64,000 nucleotides of DNA, from positions 10,707 through 74,706 of the forward strand of contig JAGWIK010000008.1 of NCBI GenBank assembly GCA_028866275.1, read 5' to 3'. Positions 28,221-37,978 of this stretch are shown in pieces; the stretch's first letter is position 1; the number at the start of each line of letters is the position of its first letter. The translations under genes were made by a program, and so were the position numbers. A model generated the notes under the pieces. That model saw nothing but the letters and a program-made list of their open reading frames with translations. It was not told the origin of the DNA and searched no databases. Origin of the DNA: Alphaproteobacteria bacterium (GTDB taxonomy: Bacteria > Pseudomonadota > Alphaproteobacteria > UBA9219).

Positions 28221-29288
28221 CTACCGCACCGCGCGATGATATTGCGGCGGCCATTCGGCATCGACACCCAATGTTTTCGCGGCATGCAACGGCCAATAAG
28301 GATCGCGCAACAGGGCGCGGGCCAGAAAGACCGCATCGGCTTGGCCTTGGGCGACGATGTCTTCGGCTTGCTGGGCCTCGGTGATCAGGCCCACGGCGGC
28401 AGTGGCAATGCCGGCCTCGGCGCGGATTTTCTCGGCGAACGGAACCTGAAACGAGGGCGCGACCGGAATTTTGGCGTCGGGAACCAACCCGCCGGTCGAA
28501 CAATCGATCAGGTCAACGCCTATTTCCTTCAAATGCCGCGCCAGCGTGACCGATTGCGCGGCGTCCCAACCGCCGTCAACCCAATCCGTTGCCGACAGGC
28601 GCACAAAAACCGGCAAGGTCGCCGGCCACGCCTCGCGCACCGCGCGGGAAACCTCCAATGCCAACCGCATGCGGTTGTCGGGCGTGCCGCCGTAATCATC
28701 GGCGCGTTTGTTGCTCAACGGCGACAGAAATTGATGCAACAGATAGCCATGCGCGGCATGAATCTCGACGACGTCGAATCCGGCGGTGGCGGCGCGGCGG
28801 GCGGCAGCGGCAAAATGCTTGATGACTTCATCAATATCTCCTCGCGTCATTTCTCTGGGGATTGGGTCTTCGGCATGAAACGGGATGGCCGACGGCGCCA
28901 GCGTTTGCCAGGCGCGTTGATCCGTGACGGGCAAAGCGCGGCCCCCCTGCCACGGGGCGGCGACCGAGGCTTTGCGTCCGGCATGGGCCAACTGCACGGC
29001 GGGAACGGCGCCTTGATCGCGTATGAAGGTCGTCATGGGTTTGAATGCCGCGGCGTGAGCATCGGACCACAATCCGCAATCGTCCGGCGAAATGCGCCCT
29101 TCCGGCGATACCGCTGTCGCTTCGACCACCACCATACCCGCGCCGCCGACGGCGCGGCTGCCCAGATGCACCATGTGCCAGTCGTTGGGGATGCCGTCCC
29201 GTGCCGAATATTGGCACATCGGCGACACCCAGACGCGATTTTTTATAGTCAGGTCGCGTATTTTAATCGGCGAGAATAGCTGGCTCAT
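28221..29288 (-). CDS. NADH:flavin oxidoreductase, Old Yellow Enzyme family (NamA/YqjM-like)
   Basis: MSQLFSPIKIRDLTIKNRVWVSPMCQYS...HAAHGYLLHQFLSP. The start was chosen at the internal Met. The ORF-track extension upstream overlaps xthA. Confidence 0.85.
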   Translation of the reverse strand: MSQLFSPIKIRDLTIKNRVWVSPMCQYSARDGIPNDWHMVHLGSRAVGGAGMVVVEATAVSPEGRISPDDCGLWSDAHAAAFKPMTTFIRDQGAVPAVQLAHAGRKASVAAPWQGGRALPVTDQRAWQTLAPSAIPFHAEDPIPREMTRGDIDEVIKHFAAAARRAATAGFDVVEIHAAHGYLLHQFLSPLSNKRADDYGGTPDNRMRLALEVSRAVREAWPATLPVFVRLSATDWVDGGWDAAQSVTLARHLKEIGVDLIDCSTGGLVPDAKIPVAPSFQVPFAEKIRAEAGIATAAVGLITEAQQAEDIVAQGQADAVFLARALLRDPYWPLHAAKTLGVDAEWPPQYHRAVR

Positions 29289-30070
29289 GGGGTCTCCTTT
29301 GACAACAGTTCGAGCATCACAGGTGTGTGGTCGGACGCCTTGTCCTTGCCGCGCGGCGTACGGTCGATAAAACATTGCTTTGTTTTGTCTGCCGCTTCGG
29401 GCGATAACAGAAAATGATCGATGCGGATGCCGTCGTCGCGCATCCATGCGCCGGCCTGATAATCCCAATATGTATAGGCGTTCTGTTTGTCGGGGTGCAG
29501 GGCGCGAAAAATATCGGTGTAGCCGAGGTGAAGAATCTCGCGCCACGCCGCGCGGGTGGCGGGCAGGGCCAGCGCGTCATTTTCCCACGCTTTGGGGTTA
29601 TGCGCGTCGGCGGTATCGGGGATGACGTTATAATCGCCGCCCAGAACAACAGGCCTTTCATCGCGCAACAACGCGGCCGCATGGTTTTTCAACCGCGCCA
29701 TCCATGCCAATTTATAATCGTATTTTTCCGTGCCGACGGGATTGCCGTTGGGCAGGTAAATGCTGGCGACGCGCACGCCTTTGATTGTGGCCTCGATATA
29801 GCGGGCCTGCGCGTCGGCATCGTCGCCGGGCAGGGTTTCGCGGACATCTTCGACAGGGTAAAGGCTGGCAATCGCCACGCCGTTATAGGATTTCTGCCCC
29901 AACGCGCGCACCTCGTACCCGGCGGCTTTGAATTCCATAAAGGGAAACGCCGCCGTTTCACATTTGATTTCCTGCATCAATAAAACGTCCGGCTTCATCT
30001 GCCCCAGCCATTCGACGATATTGGGCAGCCGCGCGCGGACGGAATTAACGTTCCATGTGGCGATTTTCAT
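29285..30070 (-). CDS. xthA: exodeoxyribonuclease III
   Basis: MKIATWNVNS...LLMQEIK...SDHTPV, the EEP-family AP endonuclease signature. Confidence 0.9.
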   Translation of the reverse strand: MKIATWNVNSVRARLPNIVEWLGQMKPDVLLMQEIKCETAAFPFMEFKAAGYEVRALGQKSYNGVAIASLYPVEDVRETLPGDDADAQARYIEATIKGVRVASIYLPNGNPVGTEKYDYKLAWMARLKNHAAALLRDERPVVLGGDYNVIPDTADAHNPKAWENDALALPATRAAWREILHLGYTDIFRALHPDKQNAYTYWDYQAGAWMRDDGIRIDHFLLSPEAADKTKQCFIDRTPRGKDKASDHTPVMLELLSKETP

Positions 30071-30167
30071 GGGGGTATCCTTGTTCGACCGCGAAAAGGC
30101 TACCACATTTGCGCGTTGCAGGCTGTAAAAATTCGGCTATGTTGCCGCCGAAAGGTTTGAAGGCGAA

Positions 30168-30899
30168 ATGATTTTATACCCATCCATCCATATCAAGGAC
30201 GGCGCGGTGGCGCGGCTGACGCGCAGCAGCAGCGACTCGCGTCAGGCCGAAATGCTGTTTCCCAATCCGGCCGAACGGGCGCGTATTTTCGAACAGGACG
30301 GCTTTCAATGGCTGCATGTCGTCGATCTCGACGGCGCCTTTTCGGCGACCGCGACCAATGCCGCGGCTATCGATGCCATTCGCAGCTCTATCAAAATCCC
30401 CATGCAATTGTCGGGCGGGCTGCACAGCATGGAGGCCATCGAGACCTGGCTGAACCGTGGCATCGACCGTGTGGTTCTGACTTCGGCGGCGATTGAAAAT
30501 CCGGTTCTGTTGCGCGACTCCTGCGCGCGCTTTCCGGGGCGCATTCTGGTCAAGATAGACTCCGTCGGCGGTTATGTCGTGCGCACCGGCTGGTCGAACA
30601 CGACTTCGCTCAAGGCTCTCGATCTGGCTCTGCGCGTCGAAGATTCCGGCGTCGCCGGTATTATCTATGCCGACATCAATTCCGATGGCGCGCTCAGCGA
30701 AGTGGATATGGAAGCGATCATGGATCTGGCCTTCGCCCTGACCGTGCCCGTTATCGCATCGGGTGGCGTGCATTCGCTGCACGATCTGGCCGAACTGAAA
30801 GCCTGCGCGCCCGCGGGTGTCGAAGGGCTTATTCTGGGCCGCGCATTGTATAACGGTTCGATCAAGGCCAAGGACGCGCTGGCGCTGGCCGCGGCGTAA
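30168..30899 (+). CDS. hisA: phosphoribosylformimino-5-aminoimidazole carboxamide ribotide isomerase
   Basis: HisA/HisF (beta/alpha)8 signatures throughout: IKDGAVARL, VVDLDGA, SGGLHS, SGW and GLILGRALY. It sits alone, away from other his genes. Confidence 0.75.
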   Translation: MILYPSIHIKDGAVARLTRSSSDSRQAEMLFPNPAERARIFEQDGFQWLHVVDLDGAFSATATNAAAIDAIRSSIKIPMQLSGGLHSMEAIETWLNRGIDRVVLTSAAIENPVLLRDSCARFPGRILVKIDSVGGYVVRTGWSNTTSLKALDLALRVEDSGVAGIIYADINSDGALSEVDMEAIMDLAFALTVPVIASGGVHSLHDLAELKACAPAGVEGLILGRALYNGSIKAKDALALAAA

Positions 30900-31550
30900 T
30901 CACATTGTTCCATACATGCGGTCGCCCGCGTCGCCCAGACCCGGCACAATATAGGCGTTTTCATTAAGTTTCTCGTCCAATGCGGCGCAATAAATGCGAA
31001 TGCCGGGATGGCGCGCCGCGAATGTGCGCACGCCTTCAGGCGCGGCGACTAGCGACATCACGCGTATTTTTTCCGCCGCGACGCCGTGGCGCATCAAGAT
31101 ATCGCAGGCATGAATCAGCGAATTGCCGGTCGCCAGCATCGGGTCGACGACGAAAAAATCCTGTCCGACATTTTGGGGCAGGCGTACCAGATATTCGACC
31201 GGCATTTTGGTGTCGTGATCGCGATACACGCCGATATGGCCGACCGATGCCGCGGGAATAAGATCTTGCAGCCCTTCGGCCATCGCCAAACCCGCGCGCA
31301 GCACCGGCACGATGCAGGGCGCTTCGTCGGCCAGCACGGGCGCGTCCATATCGCACAAAGGCGTATGGATCCGGCGCGTCGTCAGGCGCAGGTTGCGCGA
31401 TATTTCATAGCCGATCAGCGCCGATATTTCGCGCAGCAGAATGCGAAAACTCAAGGATGTGCAGGACTCCTCGCGCATCAGGGTAAGTTTATGCGCGATC
31501 AGGGGATGGTCGACATGGAAAAAGCTGGGGAATTGGGGGTGTGGGTTCAT
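30900..31550 (-). CDS. upp: uracil phosphoribosyltransferase
   Basis: PRTase motif FVVDPMLATGNS and a C-terminal YIVPGLGDAGDRMYGT. The start was chosen at the internal MNPHPQF. Confidence 0.9.
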   Translation of the reverse strand: MNPHPQFPSFFHVDHPLIAHKLTLMREESCTSLSFRILLREISALIGYEISRNLRLTTRRIHTPLCDMDAPVLADEAPCIVPVLRAGLAMAEGLQDLIPAASVGHIGVYRDHDTKMPVEYLVRLPQNVGQDFFVVDPMLATGNSLIHACDILMRHGVAAEKIRVMSLVAAPEGVRTFAARHPGIRIYCAALDEKLNENAYIVPGLGDAGDRMYGTM

Positions 31551-32641
31551 GCAGCGGCCTCTTTCTTGAAATCCGCGCCGACGGCGTCGGCGACAGTGGA
31601 AAAGCCGTCGCGTTTTAACAGCACGGCAAGCTCGGCCACGATCGACCGGACGACGTCCGGCCCTTCGTAAATCATCGCGGTGTATAGCTGCACCAGCGAA
31701 GCGCCGGCGCGGATCTTGGCATAGGCGTCGGCGCCGCTGGAAATGCCGCCGCACCCGATCAGGGGTATCTTGCCGCCGGTGAGCCGGTACATCAGCCCCA
31801 GTTTTTCGGTCGACAGCGTGAATAAAGGTTTGCCCGACAATCCGCCGGTTTCCCTGGCCATATCGGCGGGAATGGATGCGGGGCGCGACACTGTGGTGTT
31901 GCCGACGATCATTGCATCTATGCCCGATGCCAAAGCCACCTCGGCAATGTCCTGCGCCTGCATATCGTCGATGTCGGGCGCGATTTTCAGGAACACAGGC
32001 GTATGCCCGCCGCCTTGCTGTTCGACGCGCGCACGCACTTTCATAACGCGGTCCAGCAAGTCGGCCAGCGCCGCACGGCCCTGCATGTCGCGCAGGCCCG
32101 GCGTGTTGGGCGACGACACATTGACGGTCAGAAACGCAGCCTTGCCCGCGAACGCGGCGACGCCCTTGACATAATCATCGGCGGCATCGGCGGTTTCCTT
32201 GTTCTTCGCCAGATTGATGCCGACGACCTGATGGCTTTGCCGATGCGCGGCATGATAGGTTTCCAGCCGTTGCGCAAAAACGTCCGCGCCGACGCTGTTG
32301 AAACCGAACCTGTTGATGACGGCCTGCGCCGACGGCACGCGAAACAAACGCGGGCGCGGATTGCCGGGTTGGGGCAGGGGCGTCACGCCGCCCAGTTCGA
32401 TAAAACTGAATCCCAAATCGAAAAGCGGCCCCATCGCTTCGGCATGTTTGTCGAACCCGGCGGCAAGCCCGACCGGATGGGCGAAATCCAAGCCGCATAA
32501 TGTCGTACGCAAAACCGCGTCGTCGGGAACGGCGACGCGCGGTATCAACCCAAAACGCAACGCCTTGATCGCCAGCCCGTGCGCCGTTTCGGGATCGATC
32601 CGGAATAACGCGGGGCGCAGCATCTTATACAGGATAGACAT
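31547..32641 (-). CDS. pyrD: dihydroorotate dehydrogenase (quinone), class 2
   Basis: N-terminal membrane-association helix MLRPALFRIDPETAH, plus IELGGVTPLPQPGNPRPRLFR and GCGGISSGADAY. Start at the internal MSILYK. Confidence 0.9.
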   Translation of the reverse strand: MSILYKMLRPALFRIDPETAHGLAIKALRFGLIPRVAVPDDAVLRTTLCGLDFAHPVGLAAGFDKHAEAMGPLFDLGFSFIELGGVTPLPQPGNPRPRLFRVPSAQAVINRFGFNSVGADVFAQRLETYHAAHRQSHQVVGINLAKNKETADAADDYVKGVAAFAGKAAFLTVNVSSPNTPGLRDMQGRAALADLLDRVMKVRARVEQQGGGHTPVFLKIAPDIDDMQAQDIAEVALASGIDAMIVGNTTVSRPASIPADMARETGGLSGKPLFTLSTEKLGLMYRLTGGKIPLIGCGGISSGADAYAKIRAGASLVQLYTAMIYEGPDVVRSIVAELAVLLKRDGFSTVADAVGADFKKEAAA

Positions 32642-32642
32642 G

Positions 32643-33134
32643 TCAGTCCTCGACGATGGAATGCAGCAAACGCAACGCCTCATGCGCGGCTTGCATGCGG
32701 ATGGCGGCGCGGTCGCCCTTGAAATCGCACCGGTAATGCATGCGCACGCCATTTCTACGCGCGATGCCGAAAAACACCAATCCCACGGGTTTCAACATCG
32801 TCCCGCCGTCGGGCCCCGCGATGCCGGTAACCGATACGGCGACGTCGGCGCGCGAAAATTCCAACGCGCCCTGCGCCATTTCTTCGGCCGTATCCGCGCT
32901 TACCGCGCCAGATACCTGCAGCAATTCGGGCATCACGGCCAGAACCTCAACCTTCGCGTCGTTGCTATAGGTCACAAAACCGCGCTCGACCACGGCCGAC
33001 GCGCCGGGAATTTCCGTCAAAGCCGCCGCCACCAACCCGCCGGTGCAGGATTCCGCCGTGACGATTTTCAACCCGCGCGCGGTGTAGTCGGCGATAATTC
33101 TGGCGGCGAGATCGGTGATGTCCGGCGCCGGCAT
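32643..33134 (-). CDS. pncC: CinA C-terminal domain protein / NMN amidohydrolase PncC-like
   Basis: 163 aa with TAESCTGGLVAAALT and SVTGIAGPDGG. Confidence 0.8.
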   Translation of the reverse strand: MPAPDITDLAARIIADYTARGLKIVTAESCTGGLVAAALTEIPGASAVVERGFVTYSNDAKVEVLAVMPELLQVSGAVSADTAEEMAQGALEFSRADVAVSVTGIAGPDGGTMLKPVGLVFFGIARRNGVRMHYRCDFKGDRAAIRMQAAHEALRLLHSIVED

Positions 33135-33137
33135 GCG

Positions 33138-34292
33138 TTATCCCGGAAAACGTAAAGTTGCCACCGCCTGCGCCGCGATCCCTTCCTCGCGGCCGGTAAA
33201 GCCCAGCCGTTCGGTGGTCGTGGCCTTGACGCTGACGCGGCTCGGCGAAATTTCCAGCAATTCCGCCACGCGTTTGACCATTTTGTCGTGATGCGGGCGG
33301 ATCTTCGGCGCTTCGCACATAAAGGTCACATCGACATGGGCGATGATGCCGCCCCGTTCGGAGACCATGCCGACGATATGGCGCACGAAATGCGCACTGT
33401 CCTTGCCCTTCCATTGCGGGTCGCTCGGCGGGAAATGCGCGCCGATATCGCCCGCGCCCATCGCGCCCAGAATGGCGTCGCACAGCGCGTGCAATCCGAC
33501 ATCGGCGTCGGAATGGCCTTCCAATGTGCGGTCGTGGGGAATGGTAACGCCGCACAAATGGATTTTATCGCCGGGGATCAGGCGATGCACGTCAAACCCC
33601 ATGCCTGTGCGGATATCGCCGTAATTATGGCCCAGAAGGCGGGCGGCGCGGTCAAGATCGTCTGGATTGGTGATTTTCATGTTGTCCGGATTCGATGGAA
33701 CGATGGTAACGGCAATGCCCGATTTTTCCGCGACGGCGGCATCATCCGTCAATTGCGCGCCGGCCGCGGCGCGGTGCGCGACCAGAATATCGTTAAAATG
33801 AAACGCCTGCGGCGTATGCGCCTGCCACAAATTGGCGCGGTCGATCGTCGTGGTGATGGTCGCGCCATTGGCGCGCTTCAGCGTATCGACTAACGGCTTG
33901 GCGGCAATCGCGCCTTTGGCGTCGTCCAGCGCGCGGCGCACGTCGCTGATGGTCGCGGCGTCGATCAAAGGCCGCGCGGCATCGTGAATCATCACCATAT
34001 CCGGTTTCGGACCTTTGGCCAGCGCCTCCAGCCCGAACAGCACGCTTTCCTGCCGCGTGTCGCCGCCGGCCACCGGTTCGGGCAGGCCCAAATCGCCTAC
34101 GGCGGCGTCATACATATCGCGATGCGCGGGGTTGATGACGATGCGTACGCCGTCGATATGCGGGTGGTTTAAAAACGCCAGCACGCTGCGGCGCAGGATG
34201 GGTTCGCCGCCAAGTTCGTGATACTGTTTGGGCAGGGATCCGCCGAAACGCGACCCGACACCCGCCGCGACGATAAGAGCGATAGTCGTCAT
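33138..34292 (-). CDS. ispDF: bifunctional 2-C-methyl-D-erythritol 4-phosphate cytidylyltransferase / 2-C-methyl-D-erythritol 2,4-cyclodiphosphate synthase
   Basis: IspD N-terminal half (ALIVAAGVGSRFGGSLPKQY) fused to IspF (GFDVHRL...GHSDADVGLHAL). This fusion is typical of alphaproteobacteria. Confidence 0.92.
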   Translation of the reverse strand: MTTIALIVAAGVGSRFGGSLPKQYHELGGEPILRRSVLAFLNHPHIDGVRIVINPAHRDMYDAAVGDLGLPEPVAGGDTRQESVLFGLEALAKGPKPDMVMIHDAARPLIDAATISDVRRALDDAKGAIAAKPLVDTLKRANGATITTTIDRANLWQAHTPQAFHFNDILVAHRAAAGAQLTDDAAVAEKSGIAVTIVPSNPDNMKITNPDDLDRAARLLGHNYGDIRTGMGFDVHRLIPGDKIHLCGVTIPHDRTLEGHSDADVGLHALCDAILGAMGAGDIGAHFPPSDPQWKGKDSAHFVRHIVGMVSERGGIIAHVDVTFMCEAPKIRPHHDKMVKRVAELLEISPSRVSVKATTTERLGFTGREEGIAAQAVATLRFPG

Positions 34293-34350
34293 GATAACCT
34301 ATTGAAATCTTTTATGAGAAACTACAGCCCGTCCCGGATATTGCAAGCAT

Positions 34351-34384
34351 GAAAAAAGCCCGGCTGCCAAAGGCTGGCCGGGCT
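34351..34384 (-). terminator. rho-independent terminator downstream of ndk
   Basis: On the minus strand, an 8-bp GC stem AGCCCGGC/GCCGGGCT is followed by a TTTTTTC run. Confidence 0.6.
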
Positions 34385-34406
34385 TTCGTCTATTAAAAAT
34401 CAGGTT

Positions 34407-34829
34407 TTAGCTGACGATTTCGCATTCGCTAAAGAAATAGGCGATTTCGATTTTGGCGTTTTCCGGACTGTCGGAACCGTGTACCGAATTGGCTTCGATG
34501 CTTTCGGCAAATTCCTTACGGATCGTGCCGGGGGCCGCGTTGGCCGGGTTGGTCGCGCCCATGATTTCACGATTTTTTGCCACGGCGTTGTCGCCTTCCA
34601 GAACCTGAATAACAACAGGGCCGGAGATCATGAATTCGCACAAATCGTTAAAGAAGGGGCGTTCTTTATGAACCGCGTAAAAACCTTCGGCCTGTTTGCG
34701 CGTCATCAAAATGCGGCGTTGGGCGACGATGCGCAAGCCCGCTTCTTCGAATTTGGCGTTGATCTTGCCGGTCAGGTTGCGACGCGTGGCGTCGGGTTTC
34801 AGAATAGAAAAGGTCCGTTCAAGGGCCAT
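34407..34829 (-). CDS. ndk: nucleoside-diphosphate kinase
   Basis: RTFSILKPD...NSVHGSDS active-site His region, 140 aa. Confidence 0.95.
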   Translation of the reverse strand: MALERTFSILKPDATRRNLTGKINAKFEEAGLRIVAQRRILMTRKQAEGFYAVHKERPFFNDLCEFMISGPVVIQVLEGDNAVAKNREIMGATNPANAAPGTIRKEFAESIEANSVHGSDSPENAKIEIAYFFSECEIVS

Positions 34830-34904
34830 GATATGCTCCAGATAAGGGTCGCTGAAAGTTGCCGCCTTATATACGGGGGCCGAGGCGAAGGCAAGTTCCC
34901 GTTT

Positions 34905-35300
34905 TCAGGCAAAAACAGCCGAAGCGGCCAAAACCAGCCAGCCCAGCATTAAAGAAATGCCGCCAATCGGGGCCAGATGAAGCAGGAACGGGGCCTGCAA
35001 GGCGATTCCGGCATAAATGCCGCCGCTGAACAAAGCGACGCCCACGCCAAAACATCCGGCTGCCAGAGCCAGAAGACGCGTCGTTTGCGGGGGAATCGTC
35101 ACAAAACGCGTCAGGCCAAGCGCGCACAGAAGACCGGCATGAATCAACGCATACCGTACGGCAATTTGCAGGTTGGCGAAATCACCGGCAGGCACAACGG
35201 GGCGCAACACATGATCGGCCGCCGCGCCCAGCCCGACGGCGACCAAGCCAAAAATACCGCCGGCCAAACTAGCCGCACGCAAAATGGGCGCCGGTGTCAT
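34905..35300 (-). CDS. DUF423-family small membrane protein
   Basis: 131 aa with four predicted TM helices and a Gly-rich hydrophobic composition. Confidence 0.6.
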   Translation of the reverse strand: MTPAPILRAASLAGGIFGLVAVGLGAAADHVLRPVVPAGDFANLQIAVRYALIHAGLLCALGLTRFVTIPPQTTRLLALAAGCFGVGVALFSGGIYAGIALQAPFLLHLAPIGGISLMLGWLVLAASAVFA

Positions 35301-35659
35301 GCCTGCGGGGCGTCCTGCGGCGTCGCAAACTGATCGAACGCGCGCAAAGCATCCGCCGCATACATCAAGGACGGCCCGCCGCCCATATAAACGGCCATGC
35401 CCAGCGTTTCCGCGATTTCCTCGCGCGTCGCGCCCAGTTTGGCCAGCGTCTTGGTATGAAAACCCAAACAGCCGTCACAGCGGGCGGCAACGCCAAGGGC
35501 CAGCGCGATCATTTCCTTGGTTTTTTCGTCCAGCACCTTGGTTTGCGTCGCCGCTTTGGCCATGCTGCCGAATCCCTGCATGACATCGGGGATCAGCTTG
35601 CGCAATTCACCGGTATAGGCGCCGATATCGCCGATGATGGATTTGTAGTCTTTGCTCAT
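35297..35659 (-). CDS. carboxymuconolactone decarboxylase / AhpD-like peroxidase-fold protein
   Basis: Characteristic CxxxH-like core ARCDGCLGFHTK. Confidence 0.8.
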   Translation of the reverse strand: MSKDYKSIIGDIGAYTGELRKLIPDVMQGFGSMAKAATQTKVLDEKTKEMIALALGVAARCDGCLGFHTKTLAKLGATREEIAETLGMAVYMGGGPSLMYAADALRAFDQFATPQDAPQA

Positions 35660-35668
35660 GCGTGCCTC

Positions 35669-35872
35669 CTATTTAAACGCGGCGCCCGGTTTGACGCCAA
35701 GCTTTTTCAAGAAAATGGCGGCCGGGCAGAAGCCGGTAAAGCTGGTTTGTAGCAGGTTAAGACCGACGAAAGCGGTTGATAGGAACCAGTAAGAGCTGAC
35801 CCATTGGCCCAGCCCAAGGCTGACCAAAATCATGATGCCTGCGAAGCGCAGGATGGCTTTGTCGATATTCAT
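35669..35872 (-). CDS. DUF2892 (YgaP C-terminal-like) small membrane protein
   Basis: 67 aa with two TMs, conserved GxxR/LSxG composition and a C-terminal CPAAIFLKKLG. Confidence 0.6.
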   Translation of the reverse strand: MNIDKAILRFAGIMILVSLGLGQWVSSYWFLSTAFVGLNLLQTSFTGFCPAAIFLKKLGVKPGAAFK

Positions 35873-37194
35873 GTTATACTCCTTGTTTCCTTGAGGGTTT
35901 TCAGTTTGCGTACACCCAGCAATTGCAGGCCCCAGCGTTCGTAAAAAGGTTCAGCAGTGCCACGGCGTATTTTGTAGATGAAGAATTTTTCAAACGCCAG
36001 TTTGGCTATATGCACCCATCGTCCTTGCGATGACCAATTAAGGTTGCGCGGCGGAATTTGTGGTTGGGCAACGAAGGCCACTCCTTTATCGCCAAAGTCG
36101 GCGAGGCAAATGGCGTTCCATGTCGCCAGCGTATTTACGGGACGTCCGCGCAGCAACTGGCCGATATTGCGCGCCGTTGCCGTGACCATAGATTCGATCA
36201 TGAATCCGGTTTTAGGCACGCCGACTGGCACCGGCGTGGGGCCGATGGGTGGAATGGCGACGCAAACGCCAATGGCGAACACGTTAGAGAATGTCGGGTT
36301 GCGTTGATATTCGTCGATTAATACAAAGCCTTTGGAATTGACTAACCCGTCGATGCCACGTACGGCCTCGACACCGCGGAACGCGGGCAGCATCATGGCG
36401 TATGAAAATAAAATTTCGTGCGTTTTAACGACCTCTCCGTTTTCGCTGACTTCTTCCGCAGTCAACTTGTTGTCTTCGAATTTCTTGACGCGTGCGCTGG
36501 TCATCCACTTAATATGACGGTTGCGCAATTCGCTTTCCAGCAAGCCCTTGGTATCGCCGACGCCGTCTAGCCCCAGGTGGCCGATATAGGGTTCCGAGGT
36601 AACAAAAGTTATTGGCACTTGATCGCGAATCTGGCGGCGACGCAATTCAGTGTCGAGGATAAAGGCGAATTCATAGGCGGGGCCAAAGCACGACGCGCCC
36701 TGCACCGCGCCAATCACGATGGGGCCGGGTTTCTCGAGAAATTTCTGGAATGCCATATGGGCAGATTCGGCGTGGTCGATGTGGCAGATCGACTGCGTAT
36801 GACCGGCGGGGCCGAACCCTTCGATATCGTCGAAAGCAAGATCGGGTCCGGTAGCGATGACAAGGTAGTCATAGGATATTTCCCGACCGTCATTCAATGT
36901 CACGGTTTTTTGGGCCGGATTAACCCTCTTCGCGCCCTGTTCCAGATAGTTGATGTGTTTTTTCTTCATCACCTTGATAAGATCAACATCAACATCCTTG
37001 CGTTCGCGCCAGCCAATCGCGACCCACGGATTCGATGGCACGAAATGGTAGACATGCCCCTGACCGATGACGGTCAGTCTATCTTCGGGGCGAAGTTGGT
37101 GATGGAGTTCATAGGCCATCAATGTGCCGCCGAGGCCGGCGCCGAGGACAATGACTTCCGCCATGATTTTCTCCGTTGCTGGGGCTTGTTTCAT
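35869..37194 (-). CDS. sqr: sulfide:quinone oxidoreductase (SQR-type FAD-dependent pyridine nucleotide-disulfide oxidoreductase)
   Basis: Rossmann motif VIVLGAGLGG, plus conserved redox Cys residues (...GASCFGP..., ...ICLADFG...) and a C-terminal amphipathic membrane anchor. The start may be the internal MAEVIVLGAG (37164). Confidence 0.8.
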   Translation of the reverse strand: MKQAPATEKIMAEVIVLGAGLGGTLMAYELHHQLRPEDRLTVIGQGHVYHFVPSNPWVAIGWRERKDVDVDLIKVMKKKHINYLEQGAKRVNPAQKTVTLNDGREISYDYLVIATGPDLAFDDIEGFGPAGHTQSICHIDHAESAHMAFQKFLEKPGPIVIGAVQGASCFGPAYEFAFILDTELRRRQIRDQVPITFVTSEPYIGHLGLDGVGDTKGLLESELRNRHIKWMTSARVKKFEDNKLTAEEVSENGEVVKTHEILFSYAMMLPAFRGVEAVRGIDGLVNSKGFVLIDEYQRNPTFSNVFAIGVCVAIPPIGPTPVPVGVPKTGFMIESMVTATARNIGQLLRGRPVNTLATWNAICLADFGDKGVAFVAQPQIPPRNLNWSSQGRWVHIAKLAFEKFFIYKIRRGTAEPFYERWGLQLLGVRKLKTLKETRSIT

Positions 37195-37210
37195 CTTTTC
37201 ACTTTACATC

Positions 37211-37228
37211 ATACATTAATTCATGTAT
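37211..37228. promoter_or_regulatory. palindromic candidate operator ATACAT-N6-ATGTAT in the sqr / arsR-like divergent intergenic region
   Basis: A perfect 6-bp inverted repeat read directly from the sequence, 10 bp upstream of the regulator start codon. Confidence 0.4.
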
Positions 37229-37238
37229 ATACGCAAGT

Positions 37239-37610
37239 ATGAATATAAAGCCTGATCATATGATGAAGGTCGCCGCGGAGGCCTGCGACCTGTTGAAGGC
37301 GGTGGCCAACCCGCATCGCCTTGTTATGCTGTGCCAGCTGGTTGATAGTGAAAAGTCGGTCGGCCAATTGGCCGCATCCCTGAATATTCGGGATTCTGCT
37401 GCGTCGCAAAATCTTTCGCTGATGCGAAAGCAGGGCATCGTTGCGGCGCGGCGTGACGGGCAAATCATGTGGTATTCAATCGCGAGCGCCGAAATTCGCG
37501 CCATCCTTGAGGTCTTGTATGGTATATATTGCGTCGAACGGCCATTGTGCGAATCCGTACCGTCGTCGCGCAAACCTAGAAAAACGTCGAACAAAAGGAA
37601 GTCGCGATGA
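37239..37610 (+). CDS. ArsR-family transcriptional regulator, SqrR/BigR-like (candidate persulfide sensor)
   Basis: wHTH region (LLKAVANPHRLVMLCQL) with a Cys preceding it (EAC16) and a C-terminal Cys (YGIYC98). These positions match the two sensing cysteines of SqrR/BigR. Confidence 0.8.
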   Translation: MNIKPDHMMKVAAEACDLLKAVANPHRLVMLCQLVDSEKSVGQLAASLNIRDSAASQNLSLMRKQGIVAARRDGQIMWYSIASAEIRAILEVLYGIYCVERPLCESVPSSRKPRKTSNKRKSR

Positions 37611-37960
37611 TGTCCGCTCTTAGACGTCTGTTCTCTGTGAAGGAATCTTCCATGAAAAATCTTTCCCCTGCCGAAGTCCATAATCTGCTTGCCGCGGGCA
37701 AGATCTGTCTTATCGATGTGCGCGAAGACGGTGAATATGCGGACGAACGCATCGCCGGTGCCGTATTATGCCCTTTATCTTCCTTTGACCCGAAGCATCT
37801 GCCCGACGCTGGAAGCAAGCCGGTGGTGTTTCATTGCGCGGGAGGTGTGCGTTCGGTGCGCGCGGTTGACGCCTGTTTGCGCGCCGGACTGCCTCACAAC
37901 GCGCATATGGCGGGCGGGTTGTCGGCATGGAAGGCGGCGGGTCTGCCCACCCTTCGATAA
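37607..37960 (+). CDS. rhodanese-domain sulfurtransferase
   Basis: Single rhodanese domain with the active-site loop FHCAGGVRS. It overlaps the regulator gene by 4 bp. Confidence 0.85.
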   Translation: MMSALRRLFSVKESSMKNLSPAEVHNLLAAGKICLIDVREDGEYADERIAGAVLCPLSSFDPKHLPDAGSKPVVFHCAGGVRSVRAVDACLRAGLPHNAHMAGGLSAWKAAGLPTLR

Positions 37961-37978
37961 CAGAAAGACGGAGGCGGT

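Noticed and set aside
28236-29279. 347-aa plus-strand ORF antisense to the Old Yellow Enzyme gene
   Set aside because: The opposite strand encodes a complete, motif-rich OYE. This frame is Arg/Gly-rich noise.
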